Shown: one piece after another, positions 36,487-49,545 of the stretch | How positions within the stretch are numbered: the stretch's first letter is position 1 | How the letters are laid out: each line of letters begins with the position of its first letter | DNA from: Octopus bimaculoides | Lineage: Eukaryota | Assembly: GCF_001194135.2 (NCBI RefSeq) | Contig: NC_068982.1 | Coordinates: 11,797,930-11,848,240 of the forward strand | Length of the DNA: 50,311 nucleotides | Direction of reading: 5' to 3' | Notes under the pieces: generated by a model | Told to the model about the DNA's origin: nothing | Seen by the model: only the letters and a program-made list of their open reading frames with translations | The model's database searches: none | Made by a program: the position numbers and the translations under genes

Positions 36487-36837
36487 CTAAACTTCATCAT
36501 CATCATCATCATCGTTTAACGTCCGCTTTCCATGCTAGCATGGGTTGGACGACTTGACTGAGGACTGGTGAAACCGGATGGCAACACCAGGCTCCAATCT
36601 AAATTTGGCAGAGTTTCTACAGCTGGATGCCCTTCCTAACGCCAACCACTCAGAGAGTGTAGTGGGTGCTTTCACGTGTCACCTGCACGAAGGCCAGTCA
36701 GGCGATACTGGCAACGGCCACACTTGAAATGGTGTCTTTTATGTGCCACCCGCACAAAAGCCAGTCCAGGGGCACTGGCAACGGTCTCGCTCGAAAATCC
36801 TACGGAAGCCAGTCAGGCGGTACTGGCAACGGCCCTT
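36487..36837 (-). mobile_element. Retroposon family C, well-preserved copy
   Basis: (cat)n-cgtttaacgtccgctttccatgctagcatgggttggacg, CpGs retained, internal agccagtc...ctggcaacgg subrepeats. Confidence 0.9.
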
Positions 36838-37658
36838 GATTAATATATCTGTCATAAAAATGAAAAGCATTCATGCTAATGGAGCAATCTTGGCAATCAT
36901 AGGAGAATTGAGGAATTTGAGTTGATGTATGTTAAATTTTTTTTTCCTATCAAGGTGACATAATTTGTGCTTGAGTAAGCAGTGGGTGGAAGAAAGAGCT
37001 GTAACTTCTGTTGGCAACTAAATGTTTGTGTGTTTAAGTATGAATAGGAAGTGTGTTATAATAGTGTAGTAAGACTTAGGCATTGATTGTGGAAAAAACT
37101 GGTGGTGGTTACTGAGGAATGATCTGAATATGATCTAACTGTATTGATTTGGGAGAGGCTACTAATGTTTACCGGTGCTATCTCTCACTTTCTGAGTAAC
37201 TAACAGAAAACAAAAAGCATGTGAGCTTGCTTGAAAAGGAGTTTCATGTTAATGGTAGTAACCAGTAGGTTTTGATGAAATGATAGTGTTGATATAATCA
37301 TACCATGTCATCTGCCAGGTTTAAAAACAAAACAAAATACAGAAAGCACAAAGGCTGTGAAAATCATCCTTGAGGAAGATTTAGCAAGATGCAGAAGAGG
37401 ATGGCTTTAGGCTGTATTGGAGACATATCCAGCCTTGTCATCATCATCATCATTTAATGCCCGTATTGCATACTGACATGGGTTGGATGGTTTGTTAGAA
37501 TAAAAAAAATAGATATTGAAAGAATAATAATACTAAAGATATGATTAAGGAAGTGATGGTTCTGTGATTATTAGTGTTGTACAGTGTGATCACTCTTTTA
37601 ATTGCTGAAGACAGGACGTGCCCAATATGCCGTCACTTCTGATGTATTTGTTAACATA

Positions 37659-38051
37659 GGCGTAGGAGTGGCTGAATGGTAAGTAGCTTGCTTACCAACT
37701 ACATGGTTCCGGGTTCAGTCCCACTACATGGCACCTTGGGCAAATGTCTTCTACTATAGCCTCGGGCCGAGCAAAGCCTTGTGAGTGGACTTGGTAGACG
37801 GAAACTGAAAGAAGCTCGTCGTATATATGTATATATATATGTATGTGTGTTTGTGTGTCTGTGTTTGTCCCCCAACATTGCTTGACAACCGATGCTGGTG
37901 TGTTTACGTCCCCGTAACTTAGCGGTTCGGCAAAAGAGACCGATAGAATAAGTACTAGACTTCCAAAGAATAAGTTCTGGGGTCGATTTCCTCGACTAAA
38001 GGCAGTGCTCCAGTATGGCCACAGTCAAATGACTGAAACAAGTAAAAGAGT
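37659..38051 (+). mobile_element. SINE family A, full-length reference copy (tRNA-like head, internal microsatellite, 3' tail)
   Basis: ggcgtaggagtggctgaatggtaag...ggttccgggttcagtccc...gcaccttgggcaaatg...cagtatggccacagtcaaatgactgaaacaagtaaaagagta. Confidence 0.92.
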
Positions 38052-40186
38052 ACAGGTATTAATTAGTGTAAAAATTATGTATAGAGTCAATAAAATTGCT
38101 AATCAAGATCAAGATATTTTAAATTTATCTTCATGTTCCTTGAAAAAGCTTCCTTAATGTATACCAGTAAATTACACTATCTTATCTCAGTCAGGGGTAA
38201 ATATTGCTAAATTTGGCAGAGCCTGGTCTTCAAACAACCTCACAAAGTTGCTATACAGGCATATAATGATAATGTATACTCTTTGACTGATGAAAAATCT
38301 TATCAAAATATTTGTTTTCTTCTATACTGTTTTCTTCATATCTCTCAGACTAAGCAGCTAGCTAAATAGTGCTTTATTAAAACTACAGTCTGGTTTATAT
38401 TACTACTAAGTATTTCTTTTATGTAAATGAATTTTCCCATGAGCCCCAGACTTTCAAAAGATCCGTCTCCTCAATAACCTGCTTTTCCTAATCAGAAAAA
38501 TTTGTATTTCCACCTTCACCTCTCTTCTGAAAGATATATGTAACTTAATAATAACATGTATGCGAGTAATTATATATTTTACATTGCACCACTGCTTACA
38601 GACCTTTCTGCACCCCCAGAGTCCACAGACCTCAGGTTGACAACCACATTTTTAGATATATCAATGTCACCTAAATTCTTTGGCAGTAAACTATTTGGGA
38701 TCTTATAAATTGTATACATAATATTATAATTTGGCTTGGAGCTAGAAAAATATAATAATAATAATGAACTTGCATTTAATGTGTTAATACAATGTACAAA
38801 AGTGGGTATGAAAATATTTATCTATCACAACTCTAGTGACACAGCTTTCTAAGTAAATTACAAATCTCTCTCTATCTCTGAAGTATTAGGAAATGTATCA
38901 ATAGATATCTCCAGCATATGTCCTGAATAAGTTGCTTGCTTACAAAATAAGAAGCAGTCGACCTAAAATATGCCCCAGTGAAAAATACCCATCACATCAC
39001 ATGAGAACAGCATCTGTTCATAAACACAAAAGTTGAGAGGTTAATAGCCTGATCAATGCTTACTACTCAAGTTACAGGAAGTAAAGAAAAATGTGTCTAT
39101 AAAAAAACAAATAGTTCCAATTGAATTTTATGGAACTACATCTAAAAGGGTTTATAGAAAATATATATACGAAAATAGAAACATACATGACACACGTTTT
39201 TACACACACCCACACACACATATATGCAAGTCTATTTATAAGGTATGAGTTATAATTGAAAAATATATATTTTATTCATGTTTTCATTGAATGTTATTTT
39301 ATCAACTTAGGTTTTTTACATTTATGATGAATATAAAAGTATTTGGCAGCTTGACAAAGACAAACGAGTTATTAAGAAACAAAAAATGTTCTTGAACTTG
39401 CCTTGCTATGTTTTAATTTTGTTTTGGATTTCAATATTTACGAATATATTATACATAGAGCATAAGTGTCTTTATTTATTCCTTCCTTAAAGCTTGCAAG
39501 TGGTAATGCATACACTAACAAGTTTCCATAGCTTTCTAAAAATAGTTATGTCAGAACAGATTCAATGTTTTCTTTGAGGTTATCAAGGAATGGATGCTTC
39601 TTATTGTTCCACTGTGATTGATAGAGTAAGCTTGTTTATACTGTCAGGTGTATTGATACGTTCTCTTGGTGATGAATGTATTGATTATGCAGTGCAGCTA
39701 GTGAGAGGCAGAAAGAAGCCTTTCTTTCTTGATGGATTTCTAACTAAACGTAGGAGACTGTTTATACAACATATTCTTTATTATAATCCTTCTTATTATT
39801 TCGTAGTCAGAATTACCACTTTGAATTGAAGTCAACATTCTGAAGAATATCAGTATTGAAATAGAAATGATACATCTATATTTTTATTGATAATAATAAA
39901 GAATAATTTTTTTCAGATGTCATCAGTAAAGGAAATAAAATTATTTAAAATTAATGATAATAATAGTTTGTAGTTTAGGCACAGAACCAGCAAATTTGAG
40001 GGGTTGTGATTAGTCAGTACTTAAATGTAATTTCATTGACCCCCAAAAGATTAAAAGGTAAAGATTGATCTTGGCAGGTTTTGAACTTTGAATCTAAAAT
40101 GTGACAACAAATACTGCAAGGCATTTTCACTGAAGCATTAGGATTTTTTCAGCTAGCCTTAATGATAATAATAATAATAATAATAA

Positions 40187-40345
40187 TGGTTTCAAATTTT
40201 GCCTCAAGGGCAGCAATTTTCAGTGAGGGGATAGGTCGATTACATCAACTCCAGTGTTCAACTGGTACTTATTTAATCAACCCCGAAAGGATGAAAGGCA
40301 AAGTCAACCCCTGTGGAATTTGAACTCAGAATGTAGCAGCAGACA
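40187..40345 (-). mobile_element. SINE family B, tail type 2, inside (TAA)n
   Basis: (taa)n-tggtttcaaattttgcctcaagggcagc...gaactcagaatgtagcagcagacaaaa-(taa)n. Confidence 0.85.
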
Positions 40346-40536
40346 AAATAATAATAATTAGCTGGCTGCCAACACTTTTTTCTGCAAAATAGGGTAGCTT
40401 ATCCTGTTCGGGCTATATTATTAGCATTATCCTGCATTTGAGAATTTAAAATAACTTCTTTAACTTTCTAAGACATCTCAACGCTTTTAAAGCAAACTTC
40501 GTTTATTTACTTTCATCGTAATTTGAATTTAATATG

Positions 40537-40578
<42 letters not shown>

Positions 40579-40594
40579 GCAATAACAATAATAA

Positions 40595-40838
40595 AAGGTT
40601 GTCCCTATTGTCATTGGAGCATTGAGTTCAGTACCACCCAACCTGAAGAAATCCCTGGAAACTTTAGAAATATCCTACAGTCTAGGTGTATTGGAACAGC
40701 ACACATATTGTGTAAAGCACTGTCTGTTTGAGGTCTTTGTTGTGACTTGGTAGACAGTATAAACCGCTGGTAGACACAATATCTTCAATCAGCAACATCA
40801 CAATATTGGATACTGTGTGATGTCTTAAATAATAATGA
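40595..40838 (+). mobile_element. R4/Dong-type non-LTR retrotransposon, short 3' fragment
   Basis: KVVPIVIGALSSVPPNLKKSLETLEISYSLGVL, frameshift, GTAHILCKALSV* (stop ends 40731): the end of the restriction-like endonuclease domain. Directly preceded by (TAA)n. Confidence 0.8.
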
Positions 40839-41116
40839 CATGGACTTTCCTGTCGAAGACGATGTATGAATTTTCAGCTTTGCCAAATGACTTGTTCATA
40901 GTGGTCAAATGTTCATGCCACACATTAGCTCATTCCCTCCATCAAATCGATGTTTTCTAAACAGGTGCACCCAGATGTGCCACACGTCAGGTGTCGAAAG
41001 TGATCACAGAGCAATGGGAGATGAAGTGTTTTGCTCAAAAACACAATACATCACCCGGTCTAGGAATTGAAACCATGATCTTGTGATCGTGAGTGCAATA
41101 CCCTAACCATTAATTC

Positions 41117-41343
41117 TTTCAACAATAGGCACGAGGCTTGTAATTTTGGGGGTGGAGCTAGTTGATTACTTTGCTCTCTACTCCACTCCTGCCCAGTGCT
41201 CAACTGGTACTTATTTCATTGACCTTGAAAGGATGAGAGACAAAGTTGACCTTAGTGGAATTTGAACTCAGAACATAAAATCAGATGAAATGCCACTATG
41301 CATTTTGTTTGTCATGCTAACAATTGTGCCAACTTGCTGCCTT
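41117..41343 (-). mobile_element. SINE family B
   Basis: ggtacttatttcattgaccttgaaaggatgagagacaaagttgacc...ccaacttgctgcctt. Confidence 0.83.
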
Positions 41344-41392
41344 GATAATAGTAATAAGATAATAATGATAATAATAACAATAATAAAGATTA

Positions 41393-42146
41393 GACTGAGA
41401 GCACTATACTGGCATGCATGACCAAACTTTGGCCACAAACTGGAGGGTCAACCTTAGGAATGAATAAGTGTCCCCACTGTGTCACATCTGCCATAGGGTG
41501 GATGGAACCATTGCCCATATCATGAACGAATGCCTTAGACTTGCCCCAAACCACTACAAGTTGTGGCGACACAATCAGGTAGCGAAAGCACTACATTGGA
41601 AATTGTGTGAAAAGTGGGGACTAGAGAGAGGCAAGATGTGGCATGAGCACAAGCTAGAGAAAGTGGCAGAGGCAGAGACTAGCAAAATCCTCTGGGATTT
41701 TCCAATTTAAACAAATCAGGTGCTAGAGCATAACAGACCGGACCTAGTGGTGGTGGACAAGGTGCACCACATATGCTATATAGTTGATGTTGCATACCCC
41801 TTTGAACCATGAATAGTCAAGAAGGAAGGTGAAAAGATAGATAGATACAACCCTCTTAAGTACAAAACAGCCCAGTTATAGAAAATGAAGAAGGTGAAGA
41901 TAGTGCCAATTATTGTTGGGTTCTTGGGAACAATATCAGTTGGCATCAAGAGGAATATAAAGGAAACTGGAATAAAGTGCTCAGTAGAACTGTTACAAAA
42001 GGTTTGCCTCTTTGTCATGACCAGAATAATCAGGAAAGTATCAAATAGCAGAAAAGAATGGATAGCATGGTACCATAGGCTGCAGGTAGTAAGCCCGCTA
42101 TGCATGCAAGACTCCAGGAGCTCCAACAAAACCTGTGATAGAGAAA
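41393..42146 (+). mobile_element. 5'-truncated, decayed R4/Dong-type non-LTR retrotransposon (CCHC zinc knuckle and restriction-like endonuclease)
   Basis: Translation across stops: SPLCHICHRVDGTIAHIMNECLRLAPNHYKLWRHNQVAKALHWKLCEKWGL...KILWDFPI*TNQVLEHNRPDLVVVDKVHHICYIVDVAYP...KKEGEKIDRY...VKIVPIIVGFLG...LLQKVCLFVMTRIIRKV. The CxxC...H...C and RPD..D..P..K motifs are typical of RLE LINEs. (TAA)n on both sides. Confidence 0.93.
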
Positions 42147-42192
42147 AATAATAATAACAATAATAATAATGATAATAATAATAATAATAATA

Positions 42193-42636
42193 ATGGTTTC
42201 AAATTTAGGCACGTGATCAGTAAGTTTGGGAGAGGGAATAATCAATTACATCAACCCCAGTACTCAACTGGTACTTATTTCATCAACCCCAAAAGGATGA
42301 AAAACAAAGTTGGCCTTGGCAGAATTTGAACTCAGAACATACAGATATGGACGAAATGGTGTACTACTGCTAGCTTACCGCTTTAACAAAATTAATAATA
42401 ATAATAATAGTAATTATAATAATCCTTTCTACTGGAGGCGCACAAGGCCTGGAATTTAGGGGAGGGGACAAGTCAATTGCATTGATCCCAGTGTTTCGCT
42501 AGTATTTAATTTATTGACCCTGAAAGGACGAAAGGCAAAGCTGACCTCGGCAGAATTTGAATTCAGAACATAGTGGCAGACGAAATACCGCTAAGCATTT
42601 CACTCATCATGCTAATGATTCTGCTAGCTTACCACC

Positions 42637-42638
<2 letters not shown>
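42193..42638 (-). mobile_element. Two SINE family B copies separated by (TAA)n
   Basis: 42193-42383 (tail 2) and 42421-42638 (tail 1). Confidence 0.85.
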
Positions 42639-42689
<51 letters not shown>

Positions 42690-43338
42690 NNNNNNNNNNN
42701 NNNNNNNNNNNNNNNNNNNNNNNNNNNNNNNNNNNNNNNNNNNNNNNNNNNNNNNNNNNNNNNNNNNNNNNNNNNNNNNNNNNNNNNNNNNNNNNNNNNN
42801 NNNNNNNNNNNNNNNNNNNNNNNNNNNNNNNNNNNNNNNNNNNNNNNNNNNNNNNNNNNNNNNNNNNNNNNNNNNNNNNNNNNNNNNNNNNNNNNNNNNN
42901 NNNNNNNNNNNNNNNNNNNNNNNNNNNNNNNNNNNNNNNNNNNNNNNNNNNNNNNNNNNNNNNNNNNNNNNNNNNNNNNNNNNNNNNNNNNNNNNNNNNN
43001 NNNNNNNNNNNNNNNNNNNNNNNNNNNNNNNNNNNNNNNNNNNNNNNNNNNNNNNNNNNNNNNNNNNNNNNNNNNNNNNNNNNNNNNNNNNNNNNNNNNN
43101 NNNNNNNNNNNNNNNNNNNNNNNNNNNNNNNNNNNNNNNNNNNNNNNNNNNNNNNNNNNNNNNNNNNNNNNNNNNNNNNNNNNNNNNNNNNNNNNNNNNN
43201 NNNNNNNNNNNNNNNNNNNNNNNNNNNNNNNNNNNNNNNNNNNNNNNNNTTGAACTCAGAACTTAGCAGCAAATGAAGTACCGCTAAGCATTTCACCTAG
43301 CATGCTAATGATTCTGTCAGCTCACCACCTTAATAATA

Positions 43339-43379
<41 letters not shown>

Positions 43380-43729
43380 AATAATAATAATAATAATAAT
43401 AATGATGATAATGATAATAATAATAATTGGGAACCGCTTGTCTATGTAATTCAAAATTTCAAAACAAACTCATAATTTTCTTACGTTTTTTTAAACATTC
43501 TCTAGAACAATACTATGTGCAAAACCAAATATATGACACCCTAAGCATAACACCAACATGAACTTCAAACTTGTTGTCTTTTGAGATCTCTGGGTGAGAC
43601 CTGGAGTCAGCTTATACAAATCCAAAACAAAATTCAAACATATAATAATAATAATAATAATAATAATATTCATAATTTGAACTGAGGCAAGACGAGCGGA
43701 AATCTAGAGGAACATTATCCAGCAGATGT

Positions 43730-43880
43730 TAACAATGTCTATATTTTAACAAATGTTAACAAATATTAACAATCTCTATATAAAATGTTAATTAATGTTA
43801 ACATCTATATAAAATATTAATTAATGTATAATTAATGTTAACAAATTATAGTTAACAATCTCTATATAAAATAGTATAAT
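43730..43880. repeat. Degenerate AT-rich minisatellite (gttaacaa...tctatataaaat units)
   Basis: Repeated atgttaacaa and aatctctatataaaat motifs. Confidence 0.7.
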
Positions 43881-43894
43881 TAATAATAATAATG

Positions 43895-43930
<36 letters not shown>

Positions 43931-43931
43931 T

Positions 43932-44148
43932 TGGTTTAAAATTTTGGCAGAAGGCCTGCAAGTTCGGAGAAGGGAGTCAGTCGATTACATCAACCCCAAT
44001 GCTTAACTGGTGCTTATTTTATCAATGTCCAAAAGGGATGAAAAGCAAAGTAGGCCTTAGCAGAATTTGAACCCAGGACACAAAGACAGACAGAATGCCA
44101 CTAAGCATTTTTCTCAGCATGGTAACGATTCTGCCAGCTTGCTGCTTT
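43932..44148 (-). mobile_element. SINE family B between (TAA)n and (CAA)n
   Basis: ttggtttaaattttggcagaaggcc...ggtaacgattctgccagcttgctgcttt. Confidence 0.82.
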
Positions 44149-44799
44149 AATAAAATGAATAATAACAACAACAACAACAACAACAACAACAATAATAAAA
44201 AAAAAAAGAAAACTTCTTTCACTCTCTGATATAATTAGGATGGTTGTCATCACAGTTTTATTTCTCCAAAATATATGGAATGATGACAGGTTAGGTGCAG
44301 AAATTTTTATTGTAGAAAATGGTTAAGGCAGGAACAAAGTACTAAAATAGAAACTTATATTAAAAACAGCATGAAAGCAGGTCGGCTGGAAAACGCATTC
44401 AGGATGTAGAAAGACGGATTCAATGAAACTTATTGTTTTATCTTGAATCATTGCAAGGAGAGGGATGCACCCATGGTAGTTAACAAAACAGGGAAGTGAG
44501 TCACTGGAGAAGAATTCTTGAGGCACCAGCTTAGAGTATTATCAAATAAAATGAGCATAAAGCAGAGACAATCTAATCGGCTCAAGCTTTAATATAAGCA
44601 TGCATTACATGTATTATTATACATGCGTGTGTGTATGTGTGTGTGTGTGTGTGTTTATATGTATTGTATATGTAGATATATGTGTGTGTGTCAATATATA
44701 TATACATGCATATACACACATATGTATGCATATTTATGTGTGTGTCTGTGTATGTATTTATATGTTTTATATATACATATGTATATATAGATACATATA

Positions 44800-44914
44800 C
44801 ACATATATATGTATATATATATATTTACATTATATATATATATGTATATATGTACATATATATATATATTTACACTATATATATATATATGTATATATGT
44901 ACATATATATTTAC

Positions 44915-44963
<49 letters not shown>
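44800..44963. repeat. Higher-order (TA)-based minisatellite
   Basis: Unit tatatatttaca(t/c)tatatatatatatgtatatatgtaca occurs twice in full plus a partial third copy. Confidence 0.8.
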
Positions 44964-45460
44964 NNNNNNNNNNNNNNNNNNNNNNNNNNNNNNNNNNNNN
45001 NNNNNNNNNNNNNNNNNNNNNNNNNNNNNNNNNNNNNNNNNNNNNNNNNNNNNNNNNNNNNNNNNNNNNNNNNNNNNNNNNNNNNNNNNNNNNNNNNNNN
45101 NNNNNNNNNNNNNNNNNNNNNNNNNNNNNNNNNNNNNNNNNNNNNNNNNNNNNNNNNNNNNNNNNNNNNNNNNNNNNNNNNNNNNNNNNNNNNNNNNNNN
45201 NNNNNNNNNNNNNNNNNNNNNNNNNNNNNNNNNNNNNNNNNNNNNNNNNNNNNNNNNNNNNNNNNNNNNNNNNNNNNNNNNNNNNNNNNNNNNNNNNNNN
45301 NNNNNNNNNNNNNNNNNNNNNNNNNNNNNNNNNNNNNNNNNNNNNNNNNNNNNNNNNNNNNNNNNNNNNNNNNNNNNNNNNNNNNNNNNNNNNNNNNNNN
45401 NNNNNNNNNNNNNNNNNNNNNNNNNNNNNNNNNNNNNNNNNNNNNNNNNNNNNNNNNNNN

Positions 45461-45501
<41 letters not shown>

Positions 45502-46261
45502 CACATACACACACACACACACACAAATACATTTATGTGTATATTACATACATACACACACACATGTATGGTTTTATCTTACTTATTTGGCCCTTAGATT
45601 TTCATGAGGTAAGAATTTGCTACAGGCAGTAATAGCATTATGCTCTCAATCTTTCGATATTGCTTTATGTAAACCAAACAAAATGAATGAAGGTTACTTG
45701 TATAAGTATCAGCATTTTTTTAAAAATGCCTTTTTGCTACATAAGAAACAATTAGATTGTTTATTCCATTGTTTAGCTTTTTAATTACAATGGATCATGA
45801 TTAGGTGTATTTTTCTTATCGTCTCCAGAAGCCATATTTCTAGAGATACATATTTCCTTGGGTAAAGATTGAACTCATGATCCTGCATTGTTTAATTTTC
45901 GTTTATTTTTCTTATATACTTATATATTATATTATTGTTCTGTTGTGGAGGAACTAGTTAATTTTAATGGAATTTCATTGCAATTTAATAAAGACAGACA
46001 TTTTTGTTGGAGTAAGATAAAAATAAAAAATTAAGAAGGCAGAGACAAAGAGATCTGTAATCTTTTACACTGATTCCCATTCCTTTAAGAATCAAGAACT
46101 CATCCACTGATTTCCTTTTCTTACAAAAACCTAAAATATCTCTATTTTTGTTTTTTTGATTTTTTTTACTCAAAATTTTTCTTCGTGAATTTTTGGTAAT
46201 TAGACTTTAGTCTAATATATATATGTGTGGTTGGTTTTATATCAAATATTTTCTTAATTTT

Positions 46262-46476
46262 TCTGATGCCAGTGCTGCCTGACTGGCCCCCATGCCAGTG
46301 GCACATAAAAAGCACCTACTACACTCTCAGAGTGGTTGGTGTTAGGAAGGGCATCCAGCTGTAGAAACCTTGCCAGATCAGATTGGAGCATGGTGCAGCC
46401 TCCTGGCTTGCCAGTCCTCAGTCAAACTGTCCAACCCATGCTAGCATGGAAAACGGATGCTAAACAATGATGATGA
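46262..46476 (+). mobile_element. Retroposon family C
   Basis: gtggttggtgttaggaagggcatccagctgtagaaacc...ggaaaacggatgctaaacaatgatgatgat. Confidence 0.87.
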
Positions 46477-46672
46477 TCTTTTACTTGTTTCAGCCATTGA
46501 ATTGTGGCCATTCTGGGGCACCACCTTGGAGAAGTTTTACTTGAACGAATCAACCCCAATACTTATTTTTTAAAGTCCGGTACTTATTCTGTTGGTTTGT
46601 TTTGGTGTGCTAAATTATGGGGATGTAAACACCCCAACACTGGTTATCAAATTGTGGGGAGCAAGCACACAT

Positions 46673-46733
<61 letters not shown>

Positions 46734-48274
46734 TTATATAGCATGGTCGCAGTTAAATGACTGAACCAAGTAAAAGATGTGTGTGTGTGTGTGTGTGTAT
46801 GTATGTGTGACAGGCTTCTTTCAGTTTCTGTCTACCAAATCTACTCTCAAGGATTTGGTCAGCCTATGGCTATAATAGAAGACACTTGCCCAAGGTTCCA
46901 CATAGTAGGACTGAACCCAGAACTATCTGGTTGAGAAGCAAGCTTCTTACCACACAGCCATGCTTCCAATTTCCATTTGCCCCATTGTTTAAGTTATCTT
47001 CTGATAAAAGTCTTTAGCTTAGGGAATCTGCCCAAAATATTAAAGATATCTAAAGATGAAGGGTTCAATCTAACATGTTAGGTATTTCCTTTTGTTAGAA
47101 AACCCCAAAATATCTATTTTCATTTTCAAATTATTGATTCTTTTCAATAAAGTCTCGTTTATGAATTTTAATATTTTAATAATTAAACATGTTTGGTTTA
47201 ATATTTAATGCCTTTTTGCCTTTTCCTAATTTCTACTTCACTTGTTTATTGTCTATGTTAAAAACAGTTTATAAGATTTTCATTTCACTCCAGTATTTCA
47301 GTTACTTTCTTGTAAATGCGATTTTCCCATCTCAAAAGTTAAACTTCTTCATCTTGTATGAAACACTGAATATTTCAACAAATCTAATCATGAATACGTC
47401 CATCGTCACCTTTCAAATAATTAGCCTTGACATGATTAGTTTTCTCACAATGCCTTCAAGTAATGAGTTTGAGACATCAGTTGTCAGTAACAGGCAAGGA
47501 AAAAAAAAAAAAAAAAGAAAATCTCAAACCTTCAACAGTGAGAATTCCACCTGATATTATAAATATGAAAATACTGACATTCAAAAAGAATGTCTCACTG
47601 TCATCAGATTTGTTCTGTTGTCATCACCACTGTCATCATAACCACCACCACCACCATCATCGTTGTCGTCATCATTATCTCCTCTGTTGTTTCTGTTATT
47701 TTCAGCATCATCCTCACCATTTTAATTCCCTTTTATCTGTTCTTAACCATATTCCATCTTCCCTGAATCATTGTACGAACATTGTTACTTTTTTTCATAA
47801 TCTAATTCAGCCATTCTCAGCTGGGGTCCATATAAGATTTTTGCGGGTCCACACTAGCAAAATAGTAAGTTGGGGATCCACAGGAGTATTTTAAGGGTCC
47901 ATGTAAAATTTTTGCTTTCGATATATTTATTGCAAGAAACTGCTACGATTTTTTTTCTCTAACATTTTACATAAGCACCAGCGTGGCTGTGTGGTAAGAA
48001 TCTTGCTTCTCAATCACATGGTTCTGGGTTCAGTCCCACTGCATAGCACCTTGAGCAAATATTTTCTCAGAATGTTGAGAGCTGAAAAATTATATCATGA
48101 AGCATTTCTGCCGACCTGCTAACTATTCTACCCCCTCTCCCACCCACAGAGCAATGTGAAATGAAGTATTTTGCTCAAGAACACAATACACCACCTGATC
48201 TAGTGACCGTGAATGCAACACCATAAACTCTAGGCCATGTGTCTTCACATTTGTATATATATGTATATATATAT

Positions 48275-48640
48275 ATCATCATGATCATCATTTATTGGCC
48301 ATTGTCCATGCTGGCATGGGTTGGACAGTTTGACCAGGGCTGGTAAGCTGGAAGGCTGTATCAGACTCCAGTCTCTTTTGCCATAGTTTCTATGGCTGGA
48401 TGCCCTTCCTAACACTCCGAGAGTGTAATGGATGCTTTTGCGTGCAATTTGTGTGACACCGGTATCTGCCACGACTGTGATTTTGGGTCTTCTTCTCAAG
48501 CACAACATAATGCCAAAGGTCTCGGTCATTGCCTCTGTGGGGCCCAACACTTGAAAGGAGCTCAACCACTTTGCCTCCATGAGGCTCAACGCTTGAAAGA
48601 TGCTTTTTATGTGCCACCTACATGGGTGCCAGTTATATGA
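48275..48640 (-). mobile_element. Retroposon family C variant, inverted
   Basis: ccatgctggcatgggttggacagtttgacc...gcctccatgaggctcaac; reverse homolog of 22900-23318. Confidence 0.82.
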
Positions 48641-48644
48641 CAGC

Positions 48645-48694
<50 letters not shown>

Positions 48695-48846
48695 AGATCT
48701 AAAGATCAAGGTGTAGGAAGAAAGTCAGCTCCAAGCAATCTGTAGTAAATATAAAAAATACCTTGCTTGGATATTTACCACTTCTGAGGTCCCACTCACT
48801 ATGAAGCATATGTAGCCTGGATCTTATCTATTCCATTCCTTAACTC

Positions 48847-48893
<47 letters not shown>

Positions 48894-49545
48894 TGTGCTT
48901 ATATATATATTGTGCACACACACATACACATGCTCACACATGCTCGTGCTAGTATGTCAGTATGTCAGTATGTCAGTTTTGATGTATGTGTGTTCGAGTT
49001 GTTTGATCAATGGAACTGTCTTCTCATTCACTCATCCAGTTACTGTGTTAAGTTTGTAAGTGTTCCACAAATGCTTGTAACAGTAATGTGATATTCAGTA
49101 AGAGTCAACCAGTCTTTTTGTGGGTGTGCGTGCATTCATGTGTGTGTGAGAGAAAGAGATAAGGCTGAGGTTTGAATCACTTGTACTGTTGATCCAAATG
49201 GGTCTGCACTGTTTCCATTCAATTGAATCAGTTTCCGTTCACATTGCTTGGTTTCATCCAATGTATGTGTGCATGAGTGTGTATGGGGTGCAGACTTTGC
49301 ACCCCAAAAGTTCATCTCTACAAAGGTACAACCCTAACTGAGCAGGCCTCTGATTAAAGGTATTTCGCTTATGATGATTCAGTTTTTTGCCAGGCTTAGT
49401 GTATCTAGGACTATGTTGTTGAATGTGTTCTTTTATTTTTAAGAACCTATGGTGTATGTGTGTATACACATACACCATAGTTTTCAATGGGCCTGCAGCA
49501 CACACCTAGAACATCCGAAAAATATGCTCCTGCTGACCACTAAGC

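Noticed and set aside
39905-39930. Minus-strand CTGATGA-catct-GAAA
   Set aside because: No stem II, stem III or stem I pairing; consistent with chance.
44320-44530. Possible decayed LINE ORF2 linker (…RLENAFRM*KDGFNETYCFILNHCKERDA…)
   Set aside because: Resemblance too weak to support without a BLASTX search.
44600-45632. Long ORFs of up to 335 aa (also at 7678, 24566-25137, 26038-26639, 27704-28529, 42573-43296)
   Set aside because: Made of (TA)/(TG)/(TAA) microsatellites and N gaps; not real coding sequence.
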